This document shows, piece after piece, positions 18,731-27,482 of a DNA stretch of 64,000 nt. The stretch covers positions 4,062-68,061 of the forward strand of contig CAZSWA010000007.1 of the NCBI GenBank assembly GCA_964610465.1, given 5' to 3'. Position 1 is the first letter of the stretch. Every line of letters starts with the position of its first letter. The notes beneath the pieces were generated by a model that was not told where the DNA came from, did no database searches, and saw only the letters and a list, made by a program, of their open reading frames with translations. A program made the position numbers and the translations under genes. Source of the DNA: an uncultured Gammaproteobacteria bacterium (GTDB lineage: Bacteria > Patescibacteriota > Microgenomatia > Levybacterales > UBA12049).

Positions 18731-20236
18731 TTACCCTAAACTTTTTCTAAGTACTCCCGCTTTTGTTAGGAGTTCTGGGGAAACAGAACTTGCAAGATTT
18801 TCGTAAATTCTGCTGGTAAGAACTGCATGTTCTTTTTCATCAAGAGATGAGGGACCAAGTTCTACTCCTAAATAACGTTCAAGATACATTATATCTTCTT
18901 TAACATCCTGCCATGCAGGAGATTTTTTCGCAAGTTTTGATAACACATCGCGATTTAAGTATTTCCCTGCTCGTATCATATCATGTTTGAAATTTGTATA
19001 ATATTTTTCTACAAGTTTATTCTTGTCAAGTAAAACTGTCCGTTTAATCCCGCGTCCTGTTCCTATTAGTTCCGGAGGTATGCCAATTGAGTAAAGTGCT
19101 GCAGTAAATCCAATAGCTCTTGGTAGTGTAACTTTTCCGACTCCTCGTGAATACCCGAATAAGCCTACATGTTGAACTCTTTCTCTGCGTTTTGGGAGTG
19201 AAGAAGCGATAGTATTTACCATTGGAGCAATATCCTCTATCGTTGTTTGATAAAAAGGTTCAACGAGAGATGCCACTTGCATGATTTCTTTTTCAACAAC
19301 TGGTGTTATTTTTTCAGCTTTTTTCTTTTTCAGTGTAGTATTTAGTATATTGATTGCTTCAATAATATCTTTTTTTGCATAATCATAACGAAAACCACTT
19401 TGGATAAGTGCTGTTCGAATCCCTTTATATTCTTCAATGAACTGATTCACAGTACGAGGAGTCAGTCCGCCTCTAAAGGGTAAGGATGCTGAACCAATGA
19501 TAGGATATAATTCTATACCCTCCTCTTCTGAAAATCTTTGATAACGAGACAATGCGACTTTTATTGCAAGAACTGTTGGTACAATTCCTGAATTAAGCGC
19601 AGGATCTGAGCGCGCGACATAAGGGCGCAAGTATGATGGAGTTTTGTGAAACTTCTTTTTATAAAGTCGTAAATATTTTTTGATAATTGCATCAGAATTG
19701 GCAATAGTTGAGACTTGTTCAAAAAGCGGTATCACCTCAAGAGTTTTAAGTGAATTATTTTGTAATCTATAGAGTCCATGTTTCAAACTACTGATTTCCA
19801 TAAATGCTTCTTGTATTGCTATCATCTCTTCAGCAGATTCCGTCATTGGGAGTATGACTTCAAAAAGCGGCGGGCTATGCAGTTTGACTTTTGTTGCAAG
19901 TGCTGCAGCACTCAATATTCCGATAAACGCCCGGCCAAGTCTAAACTCATTCTCAACTTTGGGATTGGGAAGTCTAAATGTCAAGAATTTATCTTTTCCC
20001 AATTGGTTTGTTTTAAAATATTCATAATACTCACCCAGAAGTCTTTCCATCACTGATTCATCAACCAGTTTTCCTTCCCAATCCCATTTGTATTCTTCTA
20101 TTCCCAAGTCAGAATAGGAAAGAAAGCATTCTTTATATTCATATTGTACTTTTATAAATTCTTTATCATGCCAATAGGGTTTATTTGCGTGATCCGGGTG
20201 CTGGGAAGCCATAGTTGCAGGAATATGCCTTTTCAT
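18731..20236 (-). CDS. ppcA: Archaeal-type phosphoenolpyruvate carboxylase
   Basis: IPATMASQHPD, WDWEGK, ARSDPALNSG, SLPFRGGL, LPRAIGFTAALYSIGIPPE; 501 aa. Confidence 0.93.
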   Translation of the reverse strand: MKRHIPATMASQHPDHANKPYWHDKEFIKVQYEYKECFLSYSDLGIEEYKWDWEGKLVDESVMERLLGEYYEYFKTNQLGKDKFLTFRLPNPKVENEFRLGRAFIGILSAAALATKVKLHSPPLFEVILPMTESAEEMIAIQEAFMEISSLKHGLYRLQNNSLKTLEVIPLFEQVSTIANSDAIIKKYLRLYKKKFHKTPSYLRPYVARSDPALNSGIVPTVLAIKVALSRYQRFSEEEGIELYPIIGSASLPFRGGLTPRTVNQFIEEYKGIRTALIQSGFRYDYAKKDIIEAINILNTTLKKKKAEKITPVVEKEIMQVASLVEPFYQTTIEDIAPMVNTIASSLPKRRERVQHVGLFGYSRGVGKVTLPRAIGFTAALYSIGIPPELIGTGRGIKRTVLLDKNKLVEKYYTNFKHDMIRAGKYLNRDVLSKLAKKSPAWQDVKEDIMYLERYLGVELGPSSLDEKEHAVLTSRIYENLASSVSPELLTKAGVLRKSLG

Positions 20237-20352
20237 ATGAAATTCAAAATATTGTAGATTACTTAGGATTAATTGTAAAGGAATAGTCCTTATTACCTTT
20301 ATCTTGCCTGAGTTCTATTGTTATTTCATATATGTAGTATTACAATAAATTC

Positions 20353-21378
20353 ATGATAAAAAGAAAAGTAACCCCAAAAGTGATATACGAGTCAGAAGAA
20401 AAAAATGTCATGACGCAGGTCACTCCTATAAAAATAATAGCCCCAGAGAAAAAAAAGTTTGATTTTATACACAAAATACACTTTGTAAAGTTATTTTTTT
20501 TATTTTCTCTCTCTTTTTTCTTATGTTCTTTAGTATTCTTTGCAGATTCAAAAATATCCAAAAAGACCTCTCCTGCTCATCATATTTTTACTCAAACAAT
20601 TGAGAAGGTAAAAACGACTTCTGTTACAGATACACCTACCGCAACTCTAACTCAACAACCAAGTCCAACTATAACTCAAGCAAAATCCGTAGCAGTTGCG
20701 GTGCCTTCTGGGTTTTGTCTTAACGCGCCAATGCCTTATTGGCATCATATTGAACCAATGTTTCAAGCAACAGCTGAAGGGCATCAATCACTTACCGTGG
20801 ATAGTACAATTTTTGATAAACAAATGAATTATCTTGTTTCTGCAGGATACCAGACAATTTCAGTTGATGAGCTTGTTACTGCGCTTCTCAATCATCAGCA
20901 ATTACCTGCAAAAAGTATTGTGCTTACTTTTGATGATGGATATAGTGATATTTATACGTATGCGTTTCCTATTTTTAGGAAATACAATATTACCGCAAAT
21001 CTTATGATACCAACCGGGCTTATGGGTGTTCCAGGATATATGACATGGGATCAGTTAAAAGAAATGGTCTCAAGCGGTAAAGTATTTGCCTACAATCATA
21101 CATGGTCGCATGCATCACTTGGAGCAGCAACAAAAGACAAAATAGAATACGAAATAGGAACTGCAGATTCTCAACTTCAACAAAATCTTGGTCATAAAGT
21201 AACTATCTTTGCCTATCCATACGGTTCTATGAGTCCACTTGCCGTACAAGTTCTTCAGGAACATGGATATATTGCTGCTCTTAGTACCTTAGGTGGAAGT
21301 TATCAATGTGATGGATACATTATGGCGCTTAGGCGTATCCATATGGGAAATGCCTCAATGCAAGCATATGGATTCTAG
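20353..21378 (+). CDS. Membrane-anchored polysaccharide deacetylase (CE4/NodB)
   Basis: LTFDDGY, HTWSH, FAYPYG. Confidence 0.92.
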   Translation: MIKRKVTPKVIYESEEKNVMTQVTPIKIIAPEKKKFDFIHKIHFVKLFFLFSLSFFLCSLVFFADSKISKKTSPAHHIFTQTIEKVKTTSVTDTPTATLTQQPSPTITQAKSVAVAVPSGFCLNAPMPYWHHIEPMFQATAEGHQSLTVDSTIFDKQMNYLVSAGYQTISVDELVTALLNHQQLPAKSIVLTFDDGYSDIYTYAFPIFRKYNITANLMIPTGLMGVPGYMTWDQLKEMVSSGKVFAYNHTWSHASLGAATKDKIEYEIGTADSQLQQNLGHKVTIFAYPYGSMSPLAVQVLQEHGYIAALSTLGGSYQCDGYIMALRRIHMGNASMQAYGF

Positions 21379-21394
21379 TTCTATAATTAAACAA

Positions 21395-22213
21395 CTAGGA
21401 AGTTTCAGTATTGCAAATAAAATCTATTTCTGCAAGAATTTGTTTCTTTTCTTCATCAGATAATGGAAGTGTATCAATGAGCATATGGTTTTCTTTAATA
21501 TCCCGGCAAAGTACCACATGATTTTCAAGAAGTTTGGTTTTGTTGGTTTGAGAGAGCGAGGTAAGCATTGTGATAGGATGAAGTTTGGCTTTCTCAATTA
21601 AGTCTCGAAGGCTTTCTCCATCTGGATAACTCCAGCTTATCATCCTCATCCCGCTACATAGTGCATAAGTATTGGCTTCTGTAGTTGTTTTGGTATTGGT
21701 TACAAGCCACGGTTCATCATAATGATTTCTTTCTTTTATATCATCAAACCGTGCTTTGGTATAAAGCGCCACATGAATATCTGATCGAATTCCTGGTGCA
21801 TTGTGATATTTTGCCTCTATCATAAAAGTTTTATTATCTTTTTGCGCAACAACATCTATCTCATGACTTACACATCTGCCTGAAACTATTTGTCTGACTT
21901 GTGTGTTATATCCGAGTTTCTCAAGAATTCTGGCAATAAAATCTTCAAAAGGATATCCTGTTGGTCCAAGAAGCATAATTGACTCTTTAAGACTATAGCG
22001 GGTTTTGCTGTATGGTTTTGGTGATTGTCCTAAGAATTCTACAATATGATGATAAATTTCAGAGCTTTGCATATCTTCATGCAATTTTTCTTTGACATGC
22101 AGCAAAACTTTCTGCTGCAATTCTTGAGGGATACCAGCACGTTTTATAGAAGCTATTAGCTTTTCTTCACTAAATTCTTCTTTGTCACCGTTGGCTTTTA
22201 TAATTTGAGACAT
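21395..22213 (-). CDS. ATP-cone domain + Mrr-like PD-(D/E)XK nuclease fusion
   Basis: IIKANGDKEEFSEEKL (ATP cone); GYPFEDFI, EIDVVA..IEAKYH, WLVTNT. Confidence 0.85.
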   Translation of the reverse strand: MSQIIKANGDKEEFSEEKLIASIKRAGIPQELQQKVLLHVKEKLHEDMQSSEIYHHIVEFLGQSPKPYSKTRYSLKESIMLLGPTGYPFEDFIARILEKLGYNTQVRQIVSGRCVSHEIDVVAQKDNKTFMIEAKYHNAPGIRSDIHVALYTKARFDDIKERNHYDEPWLVTNTKTTTEANTYALCSGMRMISWSYPDGESLRDLIEKAKLHPITMLTSLSQTNKTKLLENHVVLCRDIKENHMLIDTLPLSDEEKKQILAEIDFICNTETS

Positions 22214-22261
22214 TCTCTTTTATACTAGCGCATCTTAGATAAATTTTAAAGAGTTACCTTT

Positions 22262-24700
22262 TTACAAAAATGAAACTTTAGGGAACGGAAGTTGTATTTT
22301 CGGTTTACTTTTGGGTTTGGGAGTTATTTGTTTTAATCCATTTTTCTGAAACACTATAAATTTATCCTGTTCAACAGTAATATAATAATTGGGATCAGAT
22401 TTAAGTCTTTGTACCATTTGTTTTTCTGCCTTAAGAGATGGGAGAACTTCAGAGTCAGTGAGAAGAAACACTATTACATCGGCTTTGTTGATACCCAATG
22501 GAACAGTATATATCCTTTGCCTTTGAGAGAGATGTGAACCGACATTGTTACTGGCAGCAACACTATATCTTTTTGGAATGCGAGTAAGATATGAATCTAT
22601 ATACTCTTTGTTTTCAACTTGCCGAGTTATCATATCAAGATTTGGTTCTTTGCTCCCAGGGAGTGGTCCATATGCAAATGCTCCATAGAGAGATACTCCT
22701 ACAAGATATATAATAAGAATTATGTTTGGTGTTTTAGAGAAATATCTCTTAATTATTTTGACTGAATAAATAGCTGCGATAAAAAGGAATGGTGATATTG
22801 TTGAAGTATACTGGTAGTAAATTTGATGAAGTTGGGAGTTGTTACTAAGCAAGTTGATTGCAAGATCAGGACTTGCAAATAGAAGAGTCAGCGGAGATAA
22901 AATTGAGAGATATCCTAACGGAAGAAATAATTGCTCAAGATATTTAAGCCTTTCATGCTGTGTTACCAAATCAATAATTTTTCGGGGAGAAAGAAGCATA
23001 GATTTTATAACTGAGGATGGTGTGTCACCAAAATCTGAATAGTAAGATAAAGCAAAATGCTGCGAGCCTAATATATGTGGAATTGCGTACCAGACAAGAA
23101 AATAAAACGTTCCTGCAGAAAATAAAAATACTAATGTACCTACCAGTTTTTGCCTTTGTATTATTAATAAATATAAGCCAAATAATGATACGATTACCCA
23201 TACATGTTCTTTGGTCAATGCGGCAAGTACAATAAATAATGCAAAATACCAATATTGTTTTCTTCTCACAAAATAATACGCAGCAAGAAGAAAAGTAATA
23301 GCTAGAGTTACTGGGTGAAAATCATATAAATTTGCACGTTCAATACTAGGATTAAGAATATATAAAAGTGAAAATGCTAATGCAATACTTTTATTTTTTG
23401 TAATATCTTTTGCCAGAAAATACACAAAAAATACTCCAGCTCCTACCACAAGCGTTTGTATAAGCAGAAGTATTTTAGGATCTGACCAGATATAATAAAA
23501 TGGCGCAAGAAGAACTAAAAGAAAATCGGCATGAAACGCAAGACGTGAAATAATATCTGTGCCATTTGGATTGGTGAACACAAAAATTCTTCCTCTCCAT
23601 GTATTCCAGACAGTTTGTGCCATATTTCCCAAATCAAATCTACCAGTATAAAAATTATCGTAACGCAAGAATGAAAGTGTAGTGAAATATACAATATATA
23701 GTACAAAGAAAACTATAAGAATAGATTCTTGTTTATGAAGTGTTATCCATGTGAAAGCTTTATCAAGATATTTGTTGTGGATTTTATGAAGAAAGATATT
23801 GAGCGTAATAAAAATAACTTCTGAAATAATAAGTATTAGTCTTGAGAAAAGAGAAAGAATTCCGGCATTCGCAAGTGAGGTATATTTTGAAAGTCCTGCT
23901 ATGAGTATTCCCTCTCGTACTCCAAACCCAGCAGGAGTTAAAAAAGAAAGATAGCCAATAATAAGTGATAAGACAAAAAAACCGATAAATTCTAGAATAA
24001 GCTGAGGATGTAAAATGGTAAAAGAGGTTAATGTAAAATAATAACCTAGTCCAAAAAAAAATAAATCGGTAGTAGCGATAGACAGAAGAGTAAAAATGTG
24101 GAAAGGTGAAATTGTAGGGAAAATTTTTTTAAGCACTACAATATACTTTCCTTTCAATTTGCTAAAAAGATATTGATTAAAAATATATCCAAGTACCAGG
24201 CCTAAAACAGCAATTGCAGTAATGGGTACTGTAAATCTTGGGATAAATGGAAAAAAGTTTTTAATAAGGAATGGCAAAGAAAAGAGAGATACAATTGCAG
24301 CAGCTATACAAAGAATTTCCGCTTCAATTATATAGAATAGCGTAATGTCTTTTTTGCTGATACCCTTTTCCGAAAAAGAAATAGCCCTTCCAAGAATTGA
24401 CCAAAGATTACCTGGTACATATCTTTTCATTTCAGACATTGACCAAAGATATGAGATTTCTCTAAATGGTATTTTGTATCCGTGTTTTTCAAGGATTTGG
24501 CACCACACAAGCGCACGTAGAAAATAATACGCTACAAAACAAACTATTCCGTAAAGCAGAAGAGGAACATTCAGTTTAGAACTATTTGAAAGAATAAGCG
24601 AAGATTGAGGGGCAATAATTTTGAGTATAAATATGAAGGCAATGAGCCCTAGTGGCCAACCAATAAGATATCTTAGTATTTTACTTACTCGAATATTCAT
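22262..24700 (-). CDS. LPG-synthase-TM (flippase-like) + DUF2079 (GT-C-like) fusion membrane protein
   Basis: RYVPGNLW and TPAGFGVREG (LPG_synthase_TM); FDLGNMAQTVW, HADF, DFHP, KE, YYQY (DUF2079). Confidence 0.8.
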   Translation of the reverse strand: MNIRVSKILRYLIGWPLGLIAFIFILKIIAPQSSLILSNSSKLNVPLLLYGIVCFVAYYFLRALVWCQILEKHGYKIPFREISYLWSMSEMKRYVPGNLWSILGRAISFSEKGISKKDITLFYIIEAEILCIAAAIVSLFSLPFLIKNFFPFIPRFTVPITAIAVLGLVLGYIFNQYLFSKLKGKYIVVLKKIFPTISPFHIFTLLSIATTDLFFFGLGYYFTLTSFTILHPQLILEFIGFFVLSLIIGYLSFLTPAGFGVREGILIAGLSKYTSLANAGILSLFSRLILIISEVIFITLNIFLHKIHNKYLDKAFTWITLHKQESILIVFFVLYIVYFTTLSFLRYDNFYTGRFDLGNMAQTVWNTWRGRIFVFTNPNGTDIISRLAFHADFLLVLLAPFYYIWSDPKILLLIQTLVVGAGVFFVYFLAKDITKNKSIALAFSLLYILNPSIERANLYDFHPVTLAITFLLAAYYFVRRKQYWYFALFIVLAALTKEHVWVIVSLFGLYLLIIQRQKLVGTLVFLFSAGTFYFLVWYAIPHILGSQHFALSYYSDFGDTPSSVIKSMLLSPRKIIDLVTQHERLKYLEQLFLPLGYLSILSPLTLLFASPDLAINLLSNNSQLHQIYYQYTSTISPFLFIAAIYSVKIIKRYFSKTPNIILIIYLVGVSLYGAFAYGPLPGSKEPNLDMITRQVENKEYIDSYLTRIPKRYSVAASNNVGSHLSQRQRIYTVPLGINKADVIVFLLTDSEVLPSLKAEKQMVQRLKSDPNYYITVEQDKFIVFQKNGLKQITPKPKSKPKIQLPFPKVSFL

Positions 24701-24964
24701 ATGTTATAAAGATTCCAAAATATTGTATCACGAAAATGATAAAAAGAGCTGAAAATACCAGATAAATAGAAAATTTATATCTAGACAAGCTTTATAAAAT
24801 TTGACATTTGAGTGATATCAAGAAGTGACAGAAAATTCTTGCAATCAAAACAATCCTGAATTATTTAGAAATTATGTACAAGGAGATGCAAGTTATTGTA
24901 GTGGCTTGCCTGGTTACTGGAAAACCTTTTTTAGTCTCATAAAGATATCATCAGCTAAGTAAAT

Positions 24965-24993
24965 GTGCAGATTTCGCTCTATTTTGTTACAAT
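24965..24993 (+). promoter_or_regulatory. Extended -10 promoter upstream of the tRNA-Arg leader
   Basis: TG-T-TACAAT at 24985-24993; context similar to 27158-27185. Confidence 0.65.
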
Positions 24994-25026
24994 ACAGGTA
25001 GATAATTGCGGATAGATATTAGTACA

Positions 25027-25127
25027 GAGTTCTTAGCTCATGGTTCTGCATTACAGATTAAGCTTATAGTCAGCAGTGATATGGAGTGAAGCTTAAGAAA
25101 TTGGAACATTCACAAACGAAAGTAAAT
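25027..25127 (+). ncRNA. Candidate structured tRNA-leader RNA, copy 1
   Basis: Boxes GAGTTCTTAGCTCATGGTTC, ATGGAGTGAAGC and AAACGAAAGTAAAT are shared in order with 27221-27340. Confidence 0.65.
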
Positions 25128-25149
25128 TGACTAAACACAAATTATATAT

Positions 25150-25224
25150 GCGCCTGTAGCTCAGCGGATTTAGAGCACTTCGCTTCGGACGAAGGGGTCG
25201 GGGGTTCAAATCCCTCCAGGCGTA
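25150..25224 (+). tRNA. tRNA-Arg (anticodon TCG)
   Basis: Cloverleaf: GCGCCTG/CAGGCGT acceptor, GCTC/GAGC D-stem, CTTCG-CTTCGGA-CGAAG anticodon arm, GGGGG-TTCAAAT-CCCTC T arm; CCA not encoded. Confidence 0.95.
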
Positions 25225-25243
25225 CAAAATACAGCCTAACAGT

Positions 25244-25678
25244 ATGTCAGAACGAGAACAAAAACCTTATAATAAAAGTTCCTTTGATGGAATTGAATTC
25301 AATTTGTTCAATCCTCCTATCTGTCCAAAAACAGGTGACCCGTGTATATGTTCCAATAAAGGTTTCTTAAGATTCGGAAGGGCCTTATTACCATGGGTAA
25401 ACGAGAAGTTAAAAGATTCTGTAAAGGAGAAATATTTTGTATTAAAAGCTGCTGAGATTACTAATTCTGTTGCAAATATTGTTGATCATCTTTCAGAGGA
25501 CGCGATGAACTATTCTGGGATTCAAGAAGAAATTGTAAGATTAGAAGAAGAGCAGGAAGCATTTGACAAACGAACAGAGAAAAGTATCGCAACTACTAAA
25601 GAAACAATGATACTGTTTGAAAGATTAGATAATAGCTTTCGCCAAAAGGCATGTTTAGCAAGGCAAACAAAAGATTAA
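25244..25678 (+). CDS. Hypothetical protein with N-terminal Cys cluster and coiled coil
   Basis: CPKTGDPCIC; ORF directly after the tRNA. Confidence 0.6.
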   Translation: MSEREQKPYNKSSFDGIEFNLFNPPICPKTGDPCICSNKGFLRFGRALLPWVNEKLKDSVKEKYFVLKAAEITNSVANIVDHLSEDAMNYSGIQEEIVRLEEEQEAFDKRTEKSIATTKETMILFERLDNSFRQKACLARQTKD

Positions 25679-25731
25679 ATTTTACTCCATTAATTACTGT
25701 CCCTGTGCGGTAAGGAAGTTTTGAAGAGTGA

Positions 25732-26151
25732 TTATAAAACGTATTGTACAAAGTACAATAAAATACCTGAGACTATAGAAAAAGTCCAAAATACAAGGAA
25801 AAGGATGGTCAGAATTTTATGATGCTTGAAATAATTGATTCCCTTTCTATATCTTCTCCAGGCGAAAATAAAGAAAATAACAAGAGCAATAAACATAAGA
25901 AGAGATAGTATGCCATGTACAATTGCCAAACCTACTAGAAATGGAGATTGAATTTTTGCTACTATTACATGTTCCGGGACCTGGGAAGCCATATAACTGA
26001 TATTAAAGAGAATTTCATAAAGTAAGGCAAAACCTGCCAATTTTGTAGGAAATTTATTGTGAAAGTATCCTTGATACAATGTATAATAAATAATTGCAGA
26101 AATAACAAGCTCAGCAAATAAAGTTATGGTACTATAAAGAGGAGCGTGGAT
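25732..26151 (-). CDS. DUF420-like membrane protein; frame open upstream of the TTG to an ATC at 26151
   Basis: HGILSL motif, TM helices; upstream in-frame IHAPLYSTITLFAELVISAIIYYT would add a further TM. Confidence 0.65.
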   Translation of the reverse strand: MHAPLYSTITLFAELVISAIIYYTLYQGYFHNKFPTKLAGFALLYEILFNISYMASQVPEHVIVAKIQSPFLVGLAIVHGILSLLMFIALVIFFIFAWRRYRKGINYFKHHKILTILFLVFWTFSIVSGILLYFVQYVL

Positions 26152-26189
26152 ACTTTAATAATAAAATACAATTATGGGTGATGCAAGTA

Positions 26190-26822
26190 TTATTGTCCGG
26201 CTTCTGAAAGAAAATTTTGTAGAATAATATTATAGTCATAAAGATCTACTTTGCCATCATCATTTAAATCAAGTTTTGCATGGTTGACACATTCAGCTGC
26301 TTGATAGAAGCATTTCATAAAAAAGTTATAATCATCAATATTTAGCGCATTATCTCCTGTATAATCTCCAATATTTACTTTCGCAACTGGTGTTTGATTG
26401 ATTTGTTGATCAGATAAAGGCTGAAAAGGCGGGATAATTAATTTCTGAAGTGCTAAATCCATAGCAAGTTTAATATAGTATACTCCTGTGGGGATTGCCC
26501 CAAGATGAATCGTTCCAGAAAAGGTATCTCCATCAAAAGTAAGAAAGCCTGTACCCTGTGTAACAGGCTGATTTTGAGTATCAATTAAATTGAGTGTTAC
26601 AGAACGGGTTTTATGAATTGGAAATTGATTTCCATCCTTCCCTATCCCTGGTATTTTTACCTCAAGCGCTACAACTATATCATTTGGGGTTGAAGAAACT
26701 GCCTTGCTAAAAGGATTTTGAGCAGTACTTAACTGAAGAAGTGATAATCCAAGTACTGTAAGCAAATAAAAAAGCGTCACAGTATAGATAAGCAGAAATT
26801 TTCTTTTTCGTTTATGTTTCAC
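26190..26822 (-). CDS. Secreted/anchored protein with dockerin-type Ca-binding repeats
   Basis: GDYTGDNALNIDDY and DLNDDGKVDLYDY; N-terminal TM. Confidence 0.8.
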   Translation of the reverse strand: MKHKRKRKFLLIYTVTLFYLLTVLGLSLLQLSTAQNPFSKAVSSTPNDIVVALEVKIPGIGKDGNQFPIHKTRSVTLNLIDTQNQPVTQGTGFLTFDGDTFSGTIHLGAIPTGVYYIKLAMDLALQKLIIPPFQPLSDQQINQTPVAKVNIGDYTGDNALNIDDYNFFMKCFYQAAECVNHAKLDLNDDGKVDLYDYNIILQNFLSEAGQ

Positions 26823-26937
26823 ACAATACGGCCTTTAGCCATCTATTTACTATGCTATACATTTTGTGAAAAATAATCAATATGGTTTAGTTGAAGCCTT
26901 TATACTAAAGAAGTATAATATACTAAGCTTTTCAATT

Positions 26938-27135
26938 ATGAAAGAAAGCATAGAACAAGTAATCGAGATCTATAAATACTTGGGTAAACATCCTGCCCGA
27001 GCAGCTCGCGCTGCAAAAAAGCAAGGTTTTATTACGCATGGAATGTCAAGAGAATATATAGCTAGACAGTATAAAAACAACGCTGATACTTTAGAGCAAA
27101 GCATAAAATACTTAAAGGAGAGAAATATACCTTAA
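26938..27135 (+). CDS. Small hypothetical protein
   Basis: ATG at 26938 after a TATAAT-containing region; the ORF track starts at 26866. Confidence 0.45.
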   Translation: MKESIEQVIEIYKYLGKHPARAARAAKKQGFITHGMSREYIARQYKNNADTLEQSIKYLKERNIP

Positions 27136-27157
27136 TACTCTTTCTAATACTCCAAGA

Positions 27158-27185
27158 TGCATTATTTTCCTCTTTTTGTTACAAT
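27158..27185 (+). promoter_or_regulatory. Extended -10 promoter upstream of the tRNA-Lys leader
   Basis: TG-T-TACAAT at 27177-27185. Confidence 0.65.
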
Positions 27186-27220
27186 ATTGAGGCTGAAGTC
27201 AGCAAATGGCAAATAATTCT

Positions 27221-27340
27221 GAGTTTTTAGTTCATGGTTCAGTTTTGGAGAATGGGCGGTAGCTCGAACTGAAAGCGAAGATACCTTTAGGTATCAATGG
27301 GGCGAAGCCAAAAAAAGAAAGTTCGGAAACGAAACTAAAT
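27221..27340 (+). ncRNA. Candidate structured tRNA-leader RNA, copy 2
   Basis: Same three boxes as 25027-25127; internal hairpins AGTTTTGGAG..CTCGAACT and GATACCT-TT-AGGTATC. Confidence 0.7.
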
Positions 27341-27364
27341 TTAAAAACGATATGAATTAAGTAT

Positions 27365-27436
27365 GGGCCGGTAGCTCAATGGTAGAGCAGTACCCTCTTA
27401 AGGTATTGGTTGGAGGTCCGAATCCTCTCCGGCTCA
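27365..27436 (+). tRNA. tRNA-Lys (anticodon CTT)
   Basis: GGGCCGG/CCGGCTC acceptor, GTACC-CTCTTAA-GGTAT anticodon arm, GGAGG-TCCGAAT-CCTCT T arm; CCA not encoded. Confidence 0.93.
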
Positions 27437-27482
27437 CTTCACAGAGAATTTCATGGGCATTTTATTTTTGTATTGTAAGATA

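Noticed and set aside
24888-24960. Possible decayed P-loop gene (MQVIV..GLPG.GK)
   Set aside because: Needs several frameshifts within about 40 nt and has no downstream support.
27254-27270. GGGCGGTAGCTCG resembles the tRNA-Lys 5' end (possible att site or pseudo-tRNA)
   Set aside because: No cloverleaf and no integrase; it lies in the loop of a leader hairpin.
25027-27340. T-box, hammerhead or RNase P identity for the tRNA leaders
   Set aside because: They lack the GGTGGNACCGCG T-box, the CTGANGA hammerhead core and the GAGGAAAGTCC RNase P signature.
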